NCBI GenBank assembly: GCA_913009695.1
Contig: CAJVWV010000002.1
Location: forward strand, 1-53,464
Source: an uncultured bacterium
GTDB taxonomy: Bacteria > Patescibacteriota > Patescibacteriia > Patescibacteriales > SZUA-104
Direction: 5' to 3'
Length of the DNA: 53,464 bases
Position 1 is the stretch's first letter, and every line of letters starts with the position of its first letter. The notes beneath the pieces were generated by a model that had not been told where the DNA came from, ran no database searches, and was given only the letters and a program-made list of their open reading frames with translations. The position numbers were made by a program, and so were the translations under genes. Positions 18,908-29,181 of the stretch are shown here, in pieces.

Positions 18908-19423
18908 ATGAAGAAAAGAAAAAAGGCACCAATAATTGGAAAAATTACTGTCGTGCCCGAAGGATTTGAACCGCTACTGATCAGGAAGGCATTGTTGAAT
19001 ATTAAGTTGCCTGTAATGCCTAAATTCCAACCGGAAAAAGAGTTGCAAAAATGCAAATATCGCCCCGTAGCCTTATTTAAAATTAAGGTAAAAGATCTTG
19101 TTGGGGTGCTACAAAAAACTGGTAAAGCAACAGAGGCTGACTGGTATAAAAAAAATGTCAAACAGGAAAATCTTTTCCTGGGAACAGAAGAAGTAGATAT
19201 AATAAGCGGTTTTTATAAAGTAAAGGCAACAATAGGAACGCCAGGACTGAACGGCAGAACAGCCATTGAGCTTTTTGACTCGCTAAAAAAAGCCACGGCA
19301 TTCAAGACAGCTGCATTTATGTACGCAAAAAGCTTAAAAGAAAAAATGTGCTCGGTTAGTGTTTTTAATAAATTGGGTAAATTTCTGTATTGCCACGCCA
19401 CCGAAGAAGCATGTTTATGGTAA
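18908..19423 (+). CDS. Hypothetical basic protein
   Basis: AAGGAG RBS, 171 aa, hairpin gggtgcca-caca-gatggcaccc plus T-run downstream. Confidence 0.7.
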   Translation: MKKRKKAPIIGKITVVPEGFEPLLIRKALLNIKLPVMPKFQPEKELQKCKYRPVALFKIKVKDLVGVLQKTGKATEADWYKKNVKQENLFLGTEEVDIISGFYKVKATIGTPGLNGRTAIELFDSLKKATAFKTAAFMYAKSLKEKMCSVSVFNKLGKFLYCHATEEACLW

Positions 19424-19523
19424 AGCAATATGAACTTACGGGTGCCACACAGATGGCACCCTTTTTTTCTTGCTTTTTTTAGTATTTTAAGCTAAAATAA
19501 TAAAAGAAATTATCTACAAATTT

Positions 19524-21068
19524 ATGACATACGATGTAATTATCGGCCTTGAAATACACGCCGAACTAAAAACTAAATCTAAGATGTTTTGCTCTTGCGA
19601 TAACGATGCCGAGGGAAAAGAGCCAAACACTGTTGTCTGCCCTATTTGCATGGGACATCCGGGAACTCTGCCGGTCGCCAATAAGCAGGCCATTGAATGG
19701 ACGGTTTTAACCGGCCTTGCTTTAAATTGCAAAATTAATAAACTAAGCAAATTTGATAGAAAAAATTATTTTTATCCTGACTTGCCTAAAGGTTATCAAA
19801 TTTCGCAATACGACCTACCGCTTGTTTACGGCGGACATTTAGAGATTAACGGAAAATCAGTTGACATAACAAGAATTCACCTTGAAGAAGATACTGGAAA
19901 GTTAACGCACCCATCCTTCGCTAAAGCTTCGGCGGACAAGCCAAATAACAAAAAATATTCTTTAGCCGACTATAATAGGGCCGGCACTCCGTTAATGGAG
20001 CTAGTTACCGAGCCGGTTATTAAAACGGCCGAAGAAGCAAAAAAATTCTGCCAAAAATATCAACAAATTCTTCGATATCTAAATATATCTGACGCTGACA
20101 TGGAAAAAGGACAAATGCGATGCGAAGCAAACGTCAGTGTGCAGAAAAAAGGAAAATGGAAATACGAAGACGGAGAAATTAAACCTATTGGAAATCCCGA
20201 AGTTTCGGGATTAAATCCGAAAGTAGAAATAAAAAATATTAACTCGTTTAAGGCAGTAGAAAAAGCAACCGACTTTGAAATAAAAAGACAAATTGATGCG
20301 ATTGAAGACGAAGAAAAACTCGTACAAGAAACTCGCGGTTGGAACGAAGACAAAGGAGAAACCGTAAGCCAAAGAATAAAAGAAACTTCTGCCGACTACC
20401 GATATTTTCCTGAACCCGATATACCACCTCTCAATATTGATGCAAAATGGATTAAACAAATTCAATCCCAATTAGTTGAGTTACCGACTGAAAAAAAGAA
20501 AAGATTTATTGAACAATACAGCTTAAATGATGAAGACGCGGAAATATTAGTTAGCGATAAAAATTTAGCTGATTATACTGAAAAAGTTATTACTGAATTA
20601 AGATCATGGATTGATTCAACCGGAGACGGCTGGGAAAGACAAAAAAAGAAGCTGGCAAAAGCCGCCGCTAACTGGTTAATTCATGAATTATTTAAACATT
20701 TAAGGGAAGATAATTTAAGTATTAAAGATATTAAAATTACACCGGAAAATTTCGCCGAATTAATCACCCTAGTTTATCAAGAAAAAATAAATTCTTCAGC
20801 CGGTACAAAGATTCTTGAGGTTATGCATAAAAATGGCGGTGATCCAACGCAAGTTATGGTTGAGCTTGGGCTAGAACAAATGGACAACACAAAAGAACTA
20901 GAAAATATTATTAAAAAAATATTAAAGAAAAATCAACTCCAGGTTGAAGAATATAAAAGCGGAAAAGAAAATGTTTTACAATTTTTTGTAGGTCAAGCTA
21001 TGGCCGCTACAAAGGGCAAGGCAAATCCTAAAAAAGTACAGGAATTACTTAAAAAATTGTTAAAATAA
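19524..21068 (+). CDS. gatB: Asp-tRNA(Asn)/Glu-tRNA(Gln) amidotransferase subunit B
   Basis: IGLEIHAEL, FDRKNYFYPDLPKGYQISQ, HLEEDTGK, DYRYFPEPD. Confidence 0.97.
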   Translation: MTYDVIIGLEIHAELKTKSKMFCSCDNDAEGKEPNTVVCPICMGHPGTLPVANKQAIEWTVLTGLALNCKINKLSKFDRKNYFYPDLPKGYQISQYDLPLVYGGHLEINGKSVDITRIHLEEDTGKLTHPSFAKASADKPNNKKYSLADYNRAGTPLMELVTEPVIKTAEEAKKFCQKYQQILRYLNISDADMEKGQMRCEANVSVQKKGKWKYEDGEIKPIGNPEVSGLNPKVEIKNINSFKAVEKATDFEIKRQIDAIEDEEKLVQETRGWNEDKGETVSQRIKETSADYRYFPEPDIPPLNIDAKWIKQIQSQLVELPTEKKKRFIEQYSLNDEDAEILVSDKNLADYTEKVITELRSWIDSTGDGWERQKKKLAKAAANWLIHELFKHLREDNLSIKDIKITPENFAELITLVYQEKINSSAGTKILEVMHKNGGDPTQVMVELGLEQMDNTKELENIIKKILKKNQLQVEEYKSGKENVLQFFVGQAMAATKGKANPKKVQELLKKLLK

Positions 21069-21126
21069 ATGAACTTGACTATCTTATTTCTGTAGTATAT
21101 AAAAGCACATGCTAAGAGCTGATATT

Positions 21127-22140
21127 TTACATCAGATTTTTTTTATTTTTTAAAAATTTTTTAATATATTTTTCCGCTTCAGTTTTATTTTTTACCCACT
21201 TAATTCTTTTATCTCTCTTAAACCAAGTCATTTGCCGTTTAGAGAACTGCCGAATAGCAATATATAATTTTTCAACCATCTCCTCGTAAGTCAACTTTTT
21301 ACGCAAATACAAAGAAATATATTTATATTCTAAGCCAAATTCTTCTAATCTTTTCCAACTCACCTCCCCCTTGCGCAAACGCTTAACCTCTCCAATCATA
21401 TTTTCTTTTTCCAATCTCTCTATCAATCTTTTATAAATTCTCTTTTGTAATACATCTCGGGAATAAGTAAGACCTAATAATAAAAAATCAAATTGTTTAA
21501 ATGATTGCTTTGGTTTGTGGCTATTCGTGTCTTTATTCGTGGCTATTCGTGTTTGTTCTATATAACGTATTAATCTTCGCTTATTTTTTCTATCGCTTTC
21601 ATTTAAACTTTTTGCTTTTTTAGAGTTCAACTTTTTTAGTTTTAAAAAAAGCTTATCAACAGTCATTTTTTCTAATTTTTCACGTAATTTTTTATCAGGT
21701 TTAGCGCTTGATAATTTATATTCGTCAACAATCGCCTGAATATATAATCCCGTTCCGCCGACTATAATCGGCGTTTTTCCCCGCGCCAAAATATCGTCAA
21801 TAGCCTTATACGCTAATTTTTGATATTTAGCTAAATTAAATTCTGTTTTAGGACTAATAATATCAATAAGATGGTATGGCACATTAACGACTTTTGACTT
21901 TTGCTTGCCCGCCAAAGCTTTAGTGACGGCGGGACCTTTGACTTTCGACTTAATTTTATATTCTTTTAAGTCTTTACCCGTTCCTATGTCCATGCCACGA
22001 TAAACCTGTCTTGAGTCAGCCGAAATTATCTCACCATTAAATTTATTGGCAAGCTTAACAGCCATACTTGTCTTTCCACTAGCTGTTGTTCCCAGCACAA
22101 CGACAATTTTTTTATTATTAATTCGTAATTCGTAATTCAT
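21127..22140 (-). CDS. miaA: tRNA dimethylallyltransferase
   Basis: GTTASGKT, ISADSRQVYRGMDIGTGK, VGGTGLY, KRQMTWF. Confidence 0.95.
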   Translation of the reverse strand: MNYELRINNKKIVVVLGTTASGKTSMAVKLANKFNGEIISADSRQVYRGMDIGTGKDLKEYKIKSKVKGPAVTKALAGKQKSKVVNVPYHLIDIISPKTEFNLAKYQKLAYKAIDDILARGKTPIIVGGTGLYIQAIVDEYKLSSAKPDKKLREKLEKMTVDKLFLKLKKLNSKKAKSLNESDRKNKRRLIRYIEQTRIATNKDTNSHKPKQSFKQFDFLLLGLTYSRDVLQKRIYKRLIERLEKENMIGEVKRLRKGEVSWKRLEEFGLEYKYISLYLRKKLTYEEMVEKLYIAIRQFSKRQMTWFKRDKRIKWVKNKTEAEKYIKKFLKNKKNLM

Positions 22141-22145
22141 AATTC

Positions 22146-23507
22146 TTAATTTATTATCTCGCCTTCCAATCCAAAATCTTTTGCTTTTTTTATTTTAACT
22201 TTAATAAATTCACCTAACAACGCTTCTCCATTAATCCTTACATTTTTATACGTTCTTGTTTTGCCGAACCAATCTCCCTTTTTATTTTTCCCTTCAATTA
22301 ATACATCAACTATTTTGTTTAAATATTTTTTATTTTCTTCTAAGGCTGTTTTTTTTACTATTTTCACTAACGCCTCTTCTCTTCTCTTTTTTTCTTTTTG
22401 AGTAACATCATTATCCATTTTGGCTGATATTGTGCCCGCGCGAGGGCTATATTGCGATATATAAGCTAAATAAAATTTTATTTCTTTAAGTAATCTAATT
22501 GTTTGATTAAACTGCTCTTCTGTTTCTCCCGGAAAGCCAACAATAATATCAGTCGTAATACAAACATTAGAAACCGCTTTTCTAATTTTTTTAATTAAAT
22601 TAATATAATGCTCTCTAGTATATTTTCTATTCATTTCTCTTAATATTTCGTTATCACCGGATTGTACTGGAAGATGAATATGTTCGCACACCTTTCCCGC
22701 CCCTCGGAGCTTTGGCGAAGCGGGGACGCATTCAGCCACAGCCTTAATTAATTCATCACTCATGTCTTTGGGATGGCTAGTAGAAAATCTAATCCAAAAA
22801 TCACCGGGAATATCATTTACCATCCTTAATAAATCGGGAAATTTAATTAATTTAAAATCTTCATTTTCTTTTTTATTCGTAATTCGTAATTCGTAATTCG
22901 TAATTTTTGCCCTATAGCTATTTACGTTTTGCGCAATCAAAGTAATTTCTTTATAACCCTTTTTCACTAATTTTTTAACTTCTTCCAGAATCTCTAAAGC
23001 ATCCCTGTATGTTTCTCTGCCCCGAGCATGCGGAACAACGCAATAAGCGCAAAAATTATCGCATCCATTGCCGATAGGCACAAAAGCGCTAAACTTTGAA
23101 TTATATTTAGGATTTATTGCCAAATAACCGCTCAAACTATTATTTTCGATTTTTTCTAGACCAAGTTTATATGCTAAAGAATCCAATTCCGTAATTGGCA
23201 TCCAAATATCAACATATCCATTCAACCGCCTTTGCACATCTTTTCTCTGCGATAAACATCCGGTTAAAACAATCTTTATTTTAGGATTATTTTTTTTAAG
23301 TCTATAAATTAGGCTGTAAGCTCTGTTTTCCGCTGACTGCTTAACTCCACAGGTCGTAACCACGACTAAAACCGCTTTATCTTTATTTTCAGATAAAACA
23401 TATCCATGTTTTTCCAAATAACCGGCAATTCTCTCAGAATCACTCTTGTTCATTTGGCAACCAATTGTTATAATGTGATATAATTTTTTCTTCATTATTT
23501 TATTCAT
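22146..23507 (-). CDS. miaB: tRNA-i6A37 methylthiotransferase (radical SAM)
   Basis: GCQMNKSDSE, CDNFCAYC, HLPVQSG, DIIVGFPGETEE, TRAM-like C-terminus; adjacent to miaA. Confidence 0.9.
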   Translation of the reverse strand: MNKIMKKKLYHIITIGCQMNKSDSERIAGYLEKHGYVLSENKDKAVLVVVTTCGVKQSAENRAYSLIYRLKKNNPKIKIVLTGCLSQRKDVQRRLNGYVDIWMPITELDSLAYKLGLEKIENNSLSGYLAINPKYNSKFSAFVPIGNGCDNFCAYCVVPHARGRETYRDALEILEEVKKLVKKGYKEITLIAQNVNSYRAKITNYELRITNKKENEDFKLIKFPDLLRMVNDIPGDFWIRFSTSHPKDMSDELIKAVAECVPASPKLRGAGKVCEHIHLPVQSGDNEILREMNRKYTREHYINLIKKIRKAVSNVCITTDIIVGFPGETEEQFNQTIRLLKEIKFYLAYISQYSPRAGTISAKMDNDVTQKEKKRREEALVKIVKKTALEENKKYLNKIVDVLIEGKNKKGDWFGKTRTYKNVRINGEALLGEFIKVKIKKAKDFGLEGEIIN

Positions 23508-23607
23508 TATTTAAAATTTTTTCGCCTTCCATGGCTTTAGCAGATGATGGAGCCAAGGATAACATACAAACCATATATTATCAAAAAACAATAAAAATAT
23601 CAAACCT

Positions 23608-23640
23608 AAAAGGGTTCGCTATTGCTAGCGAACCCTCTTT
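23608..23640. terminator. Intrinsic terminator-like hairpin
   Basis: agggttcgcta-ttgc-tagcgaaccct downstream of 23658..25406. Confidence 0.7.
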
Positions 23641-23657
23641 CTTGTTGTTTGTTTTTA

Positions 23658-25406
23658 TTATTCTTGAGTATTTTCATCGTCAGAAGACGTATCTCCTGCA
23701 TCATCGTCAGAAGACGTATCTCCTGCATCATCAGTTATTTCTTCTTCAGTATCAGAAACGGAATCTTCCACTATGGCATTTTCAGTATCATCAGTTACTA
23801 TTTCGCTAACCACCTCGTTTACATCATCAATTTCAGTATCTTCAGCTTCATCAATCTCCGGCAAAGAGTTTACTACTACAATCGTATCCGCCACTACTAA
23901 GGGCAGTTTGGCGTGCCTGGTGCCGCGAACACGAACTTTATCGCCAATTTGAATATCGGAAATAGCCGCGTTATTATTTGTGCCAATCACTATTTTTGTA
24001 TCTTCAGTCACATCTACTCTTATTTTCTTAACCGGCAGACGCTTAACTAAATCTTTTACTTTGACGCCGCTATGCTTAATTCGCTTTATTTTGACCTTTT
24101 TGTGCTTCACGTTTCTTACAAATTTTCCAATCTTTTTTGCCACTACTTTTTTAATTCTAGCTTTTAATGCATCTCTCAGATTAATTTGTTTTACGGTACG
24201 ATCCGTGTTTGCGCTTGCAACAGCTTGCGCGGAAACCGTTTCACCTCTTTCTTCCAATTTTTCTTTTAGCTTCTTTTTTGTAATATGCTTTAACGGAGTC
24301 CAATTAACCATTATATAGCTGCTATTTGCGTCAACGGCAGTAACAACTCCGGCATGCCCCTGGGTAGAGGTTTTCCAGATTGAATTATCCTTCACTACTT
24401 TAGCGTCAACCGTGCCGTCATCGTTAACCCGACCGACAATCCTTAATTTATCGCCTACGGAAAATTCATCTAAAGTAATTCGTCCGAAATATTTACGAAC
24501 GATTTTAGTGTCCTCGGTAATATTAACCGTTATAAGAGCTCCTTCCGTGCCTATTAAATTATTAACATCATTGGCGCGCAAACCCGGAGTTTTATCCATT
24601 CTAACCTGAATGGTGGTTGGAACAATCGTGCTGTCCAGCCGCACTAAAGTAACTACTGGCGTAAAGGTGCGAATTTTCATGAATAAATCGCTTCCCCGCC
24701 TTAAAACTATAACGATTTTAGCCAATGGCGTTTCGCCGCTCCGAGTTAGAAGACGGCCGCGAATCCTATCATTAATTTCTAGATCGTCAACAGAAGCGGG
24801 ATTTTTTAAACCAACAACAAACTTTGTATTTTCATCATAAATAAAGGTATGCTCAACATTCGCCCACTGATAAGTTATGGCCTTAGCGTCCTTGTCAATA
24901 TTGGTTATCCAGCCATTCGCACCCTTATTTGACCGAATAGCAATGGAAAGATTAACCAAAATTGTGGCTTCAATATCTTCAGTATTCTCATTTTTTTTGC
25001 CAATTACCCTAATTTGATCGCCGGGAATCCAGTTAGCCAAATTTGTGGACTGATCCCTGCGCTGGCCCAAAACAGTATCAACCGTCACATTAATGGTGTA
25101 GTCATGGTTGGTTGTGTTATCACGGACTATAATATTTGTCGGAATATCGGTTGAACCGATCTCAATCAGCATTCCGGCAAAATTGATGTCGCTTTTTTCT
25201 TCATATAATTTTGACTCGTCAGTAACTGTTGTACAGGCGAATTCATAAGAAACATCTACTTCGGCCGCTTCCATCGCCTCGGCTGATTTATAAGTGACGT
25301 TATCTACGCCACAAACTTCACCTTCAGCTTTTACTAATGGCGCCATCAAAAATGATGACATTATTAAACTAAAAGCTAAGAATGAAAACATGAATTTTTT
25401 CAACAT
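23658..25406 (-). CDS. Secreted protein with repeated OB-fold-like (DUF5666-like) modules and acidic tail
   Basis: Signal peptide; recurring T-x-I...GD-x-I/VR-V-x-G repeats; CGVDNVTY Kazal-like fragment; DDAGDTSS duplicated at the C-terminus. Confidence 0.7.
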   Translation of the reverse strand: MLKKFMFSFLAFSLIMSSFLMAPLVKAEGEVCGVDNVTYKSAEAMEAAEVDVSYEFACTTVTDESKLYEEKSDINFAGMLIEIGSTDIPTNIIVRDNTTNHDYTINVTVDTVLGQRRDQSTNLANWIPGDQIRVIGKKNENTEDIEATILVNLSIAIRSNKGANGWITNIDKDAKAITYQWANVEHTFIYDENTKFVVGLKNPASVDDLEINDRIRGRLLTRSGETPLAKIVIVLRRGSDLFMKIRTFTPVVTLVRLDSTIVPTTIQVRMDKTPGLRANDVNNLIGTEGALITVNITEDTKIVRKYFGRITLDEFSVGDKLRIVGRVNDDGTVDAKVVKDNSIWKTSTQGHAGVVTAVDANSSYIMVNWTPLKHITKKKLKEKLEERGETVSAQAVASANTDRTVKQINLRDALKARIKKVVAKKIGKFVRNVKHKKVKIKRIKHSGVKVKDLVKRLPVKKIRVDVTEDTKIVIGTNNNAAISDIQIGDKVRVRGTRHAKLPLVVADTIVVVNSLPEIDEAEDTEIDDVNEVVSEIVTDDTENAIVEDSVSDTEEEITDDAGDTSSDDDAGDTSSDDENTQE

Positions 25407-25506
25407 AATTTCTTTATTAATATTAACTTTTTGTAGACCTTAAAGTTAATATTAATTTAATTAATTATTAATATACTTTTTGACAAAAAAATTAAAGTAT
25501 CGACCT

Positions 25507-25725
25507 TTATTTATCATTATCTTTAATTAATTCATTAGGCATTATTGGTCTTATTTTGTCGACAGAAACTCCTCTGTGTCCCAAAAAATGCCTTCCGTTA
25601 TTTATTAATGCTTTAATTGTTTTTATTAAATTTTTTAATTCTTTAGTATCTCTTCTTTCAACGACCCGTTCGGCCATATAAATTTTTCTATCCAATCTAT
25701 TGAACAACGCTTTACAATCTAACAA
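25507..25725 (-). CDS. Hypothetical protein or gene remnant
   Basis: 72-aa ORF after thrS with non-ATG start; no motif. Confidence 0.3.
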   Translation of the reverse strand: MLDCKALFNRLDRKIYMAERVVERRDTKELKNLIKTIKALINNGRHFLGHRGVSVDKIRPIMPNELIKDNDK

Positions 25726-25741
25726 TTAATATATAAAGCTA

Positions 25742-27514
25742 TTATTTCCTGTTATCAATCTTTTCTATAATTTCAGCAATAAATTTACTTTTTTCAACTT
25801 CCCTGGTTTCTCTTTTGCCCCTATCTCTAATAGCTAATTTTTTTGAGCCCATTTCTTTATCACCCACTACCAACATGTAAGGCGCTTTTTCGCCAACCGC
25901 TTTCCTTATTTTATTTCCCACCGTTTCGTCATGATCATCAACTTCTACGCGAATATCGTTTTCTCTAAATTCATCCGCCAGCTTCCGGCAATAATCAATA
26001 TGCTTTTCTCCGACTGAAATAATTTTAATCTGAACAGGAGAAAGCCAGATTGGGAATGCTCCCCCATAATGCTCAATTAAAAATGCAATTACCCTTTCCA
26101 ACGCGCCTACGCTTGATCTGTGAATTACAATTGCTTTTTTATCTTTCCCCTTATTGTCTTTGTAAACTAAATTAAAACGTTCTGGCATTACAAAATCATA
26201 TTGTACTGTAAAAGCTGTATCTTCTTTTCCATATACATTTTTCATTTGTACATCAATTTTTGGTCCATAAAATGTGGCCTCACCTTCTGCCTCTAAAAAT
26301 GTAGAACTATTCTTTTGCAAAATTTCTCTTAATACTTGTTCGGCCCCATCCCACGCATTGTCGTCTTTATAATATTTTTTTTCATCTTTTCTGTCGCCCA
26401 ATGATAATCTATACCAATAATCTTCCCCCTTTTTTAAGCCGAAAACATTAGACACATACTCAATTAAATCTAACGCGCCCTTAACTTCTTCTTTGGCCTG
26501 CTTCTTATCAACGCAAATTATATGGGCATCGGCCAAACAAAAATTGCGAACCCTTATGAGTCCCGTAAGTTCTCCGGACTGCTCATATCTGTAAAGTTTA
26601 GCGATTTCCGCAATCCTCATGGGCAATTCCCTGTAGCTTCTTGGCTTGCTTAAATAAAGTTCAAAATGATGTGGACAAGACATGGGTCTGAGCATAAATT
26701 CTTCCTCGTCGATTTTAATTGGCGCATACATTGAATCTTTGTAATATGGATAATGTCCTGATTTCTTATATAAATCGATTTTTGCTATATCAGGCGTATA
26801 AACATGCTTGTAGCCCCTTTTTATTTCTTCGTCCACTATAAATTTTTCTAACTCTCTTCTTATTGTAGCTCCTTTTTCTGTCCATAAAGGCAATCCCTTG
26901 CCAACAACATCAGAAAACACAAACAAGTCCAATTCTTTCCCCAATTTCCGATGATCCCTTTTCTCCGCTTCTTCCATCATTTTTAAATATTCATCCAGCT
27001 CTTTTTTAGTCGCAAAAGCAACTCCGTAAATTCTAGTTAGCATTGGATTATTCTCACTTCCTCTCCAATATGCTCCAGCCAATTTAGTTATTTTAAAACT
27101 CCCCTTGACTATTTTTCCGGTTGACTCAATATGCGGTCCGCAGCAAAGGTCGTCAAAATTACCCAACTTATAATAACCAACTTTCTTTTCACCTTCTTTT
27201 TTTAAATCTTCAATTAATTCAACCTTATACGGCTGCTTATCTTTTTTTTCTTTCGCGATTGCATCCTTAATGCTCAACTCTGATTTTTCAAATTTCAAAT
27301 TCTGCTTTATGATATGATTCATTTTCTTTTCAATTTTTACTAAATTATCTTTACTAACTTTAATTTCTCCAAAATCAAAGTCATAATAAAACCCGTTCTC
27401 AATAGCGGGACCAATTGCAAATTTAGTGTTTGGCCACAGCTCTAAAACAGCCGCTGCCATAATATGCGACAAAGAATGCCTAATTATTTCTAAACTATTT
27501 TCTTTTTTAGTCAT
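25742..27514 (-). CDS. thrS: Threonine--tRNA ligase
   Basis: RHSLSH, GPAIENGFYYDF, RDHRKLGKEL, RPMSCPHH, FYGPKID, IHRS. Confidence 0.97.
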   Translation of the reverse strand: MTKKENSLEIIRHSLSHIMAAAVLELWPNTKFAIGPAIENGFYYDFDFGEIKVSKDNLVKIEKKMNHIIKQNLKFEKSELSIKDAIAKEKKDKQPYKVELIEDLKKEGEKKVGYYKLGNFDDLCCGPHIESTGKIVKGSFKITKLAGAYWRGSENNPMLTRIYGVAFATKKELDEYLKMMEEAEKRDHRKLGKELDLFVFSDVVGKGLPLWTEKGATIRRELEKFIVDEEIKRGYKHVYTPDIAKIDLYKKSGHYPYYKDSMYAPIKIDEEEFMLRPMSCPHHFELYLSKPRSYRELPMRIAEIAKLYRYEQSGELTGLIRVRNFCLADAHIICVDKKQAKEEVKGALDLIEYVSNVFGLKKGEDYWYRLSLGDRKDEKKYYKDDNAWDGAEQVLREILQKNSSTFLEAEGEATFYGPKIDVQMKNVYGKEDTAFTVQYDFVMPERFNLVYKDNKGKDKKAIVIHRSSVGALERVIAFLIEHYGGAFPIWLSPVQIKIISVGEKHIDYCRKLADEFRENDIRVEVDDHDETVGNKIRKAVGEKAPYMLVVGDKEMGSKKLAIRDRGKRETREVEKSKFIAEIIEKIDNRK

Positions 27515-27589
27515 ATTTTTTATATTTTAATTTATTATTTTAATTTTATAATTTAGATTTGATTTGACATTTAGCTTTTGACATTTAAA

Positions 27590-27786
27590 ATTTTAAAACC
27601 CCGCCTCAATGCATCAATAAAAATACTGATACACTAGGACGGGGTCTAAACCTCGTGGTTCCACCTAGTTTCCCATCCCCAATTTCTTAAACTCGGACTG
27701 GACACTCTTGATTTATCCTCAGACTTAGTCCCGAATACTCGGGGTGTTATGTAACATCGCGGTTGGTGGCCGCAACAATCACCTTT
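27590..27786 (-). promoter_or_regulatory. T-box riboswitch of thrS
   Basis: Minus-strand AACTAGGTGGAACCACG T-box motif, terminator ACCCCGTC...GGCGGGGTTTT, upstream hairpin GCGG-CCACCAA-CCGC containing the Thr codon ACC. Confidence 0.85.
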
Positions 27787-27792
27787 AGATAA

Positions 27793-29136
27793 TTATTTAA
27801 TTTTTATTTTAATCCTATCAATTAAATTAGGGACTTTATCAATAAACTTAGGTTGAAAGCTGACTTCATAATTCTCAATTGCCTGTTCATTCGCTAAAAA
27901 ATCATCTAACTGCTCGCGAGTTAATCCAACTATTTTTTTTCTATCTATAATACTAACTCCGCTCTTAAACGAACTCTTGCCCTCAAAGGAAACATTAATT
28001 GTAGCAATTCCTTGATTTAAATTATGGGAATCTAAATTATACGTTAAATTATTTTCATCAAAACCAATCAATTCTTTATCGCTGGCAATAACGGACATCA
28101 GTTTTTCACGAGCCATATTCTTTATTAATTCCTCATTAAAAGCGACTACTGCCACCTCTGTTGTCATTGTAACAGAAAAATCATTTTTCTCTTCACCAAC
28201 TTTCCCATCAATATCAATGCTAATAGAATTTTCATCAATATTAAATAATGTTTGGCTATAACTCTTATAGCTCTCACCAACATCTTTCTCGGCCTTTTCT
28301 AATAATCTTTTTCTTAAATCTTTAATTCCAAAATCAATATCAGACTGCGTGATATGCTTCTTCGCTTTTTGGCTATGCGTAAAAGCTTTTTTGCTTTCAG
28401 CGTAAATTTTCTCTTGCAGTCCCGCCCAAAGGCCCGGAATAGTAAACTTAGTCGGCCCCATAGCCATATCCGCTCCCGGCTTATCGGCGTAAACTTCCGC
28501 TTCAACGCTTCCGCCGGCCGGGACATTAACCGTATTCTTTAATCTAAACAACTTATTATCAGAGCTTAATAATCTTGTTGTAGCCACTAACGGCTGGCTC
28601 TTATTGTAATTATTTATAATTGTAACCGTGCCGGTCGTTTCCTCGCCTATTATTTCTTTTCCGCTTGCTGAATATATTTTTATTTCTTTAACTTCAATTT
28701 TATCAACCGCGCCGACTACCGCCCCTTGGCTGATAACTGCGACTTTATTTGGATCATTAATATCAATAATTAAATTATTGCTTATTCGTTCTTCTTTTGG
28801 AACAACTGTAATGGTCACCCCAATAAACGAAAAATAAAATATTATAGCAAGAAGACCAAGCGTTAAGACTACAAAACTAACGGCTATTTTACGATATAAA
28901 TTTAATTGAAGACCGGTTTGTTTTTTTACTTGAGGTTTGAGAGGAGCAGTAGAAACAGCTGTCTCTTTCTTTCGTTCTGTGGCAGCCTTTTCGCGAATTA
29001 TTGCCTTTTTTACTGGAGCAGAATAAATTTCATCTTCTGCCGCAGATTTTAAATCAACGCTTAAATCATCCCCAGATGATTTTCTAAGTTTATTTATTCT
29101 TACATTAACTTTTTTTCTTTTTCTCTTAGTAGCCAT
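27793..29136 (-). CDS. Single-pass membrane protein with large extracytoplasmic domain (baseplate-J-like segment)
   Basis: Basic N-terminus, one TM, GTVTIINNYNKSQPLVATTRL...VYADKPG...FTIPGL; family assignment tentative. Confidence 0.65.
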   Translation of the reverse strand: MATKRKRKKVNVRINKLRKSSGDDLSVDLKSAAEDEIYSAPVKKAIIREKAATERKKETAVSTAPLKPQVKKQTGLQLNLYRKIAVSFVVLTLGLLAIIFYFSFIGVTITVVPKEERISNNLIIDINDPNKVAVISQGAVVGAVDKIEVKEIKIYSASGKEIIGEETTGTVTIINNYNKSQPLVATTRLLSSDNKLFRLKNTVNVPAGGSVEAEVYADKPGADMAMGPTKFTIPGLWAGLQEKIYAESKKAFTHSQKAKKHITQSDIDFGIKDLRKRLLEKAEKDVGESYKSYSQTLFNIDENSISIDIDGKVGEEKNDFSVTMTTEVAVVAFNEELIKNMAREKLMSVIASDKELIGFDENNLTYNLDSHNLNQGIATINVSFEGKSSFKSGVSIIDRKKIVGLTREQLDDFLANEQAIENYEVSFQPKFIDKVPNLIDRIKIKIK

Positions 29137-29181
29137 ATTTTATTTTAATTTAAAAATTTAGCGGTGTATTGCGCGTATTTT

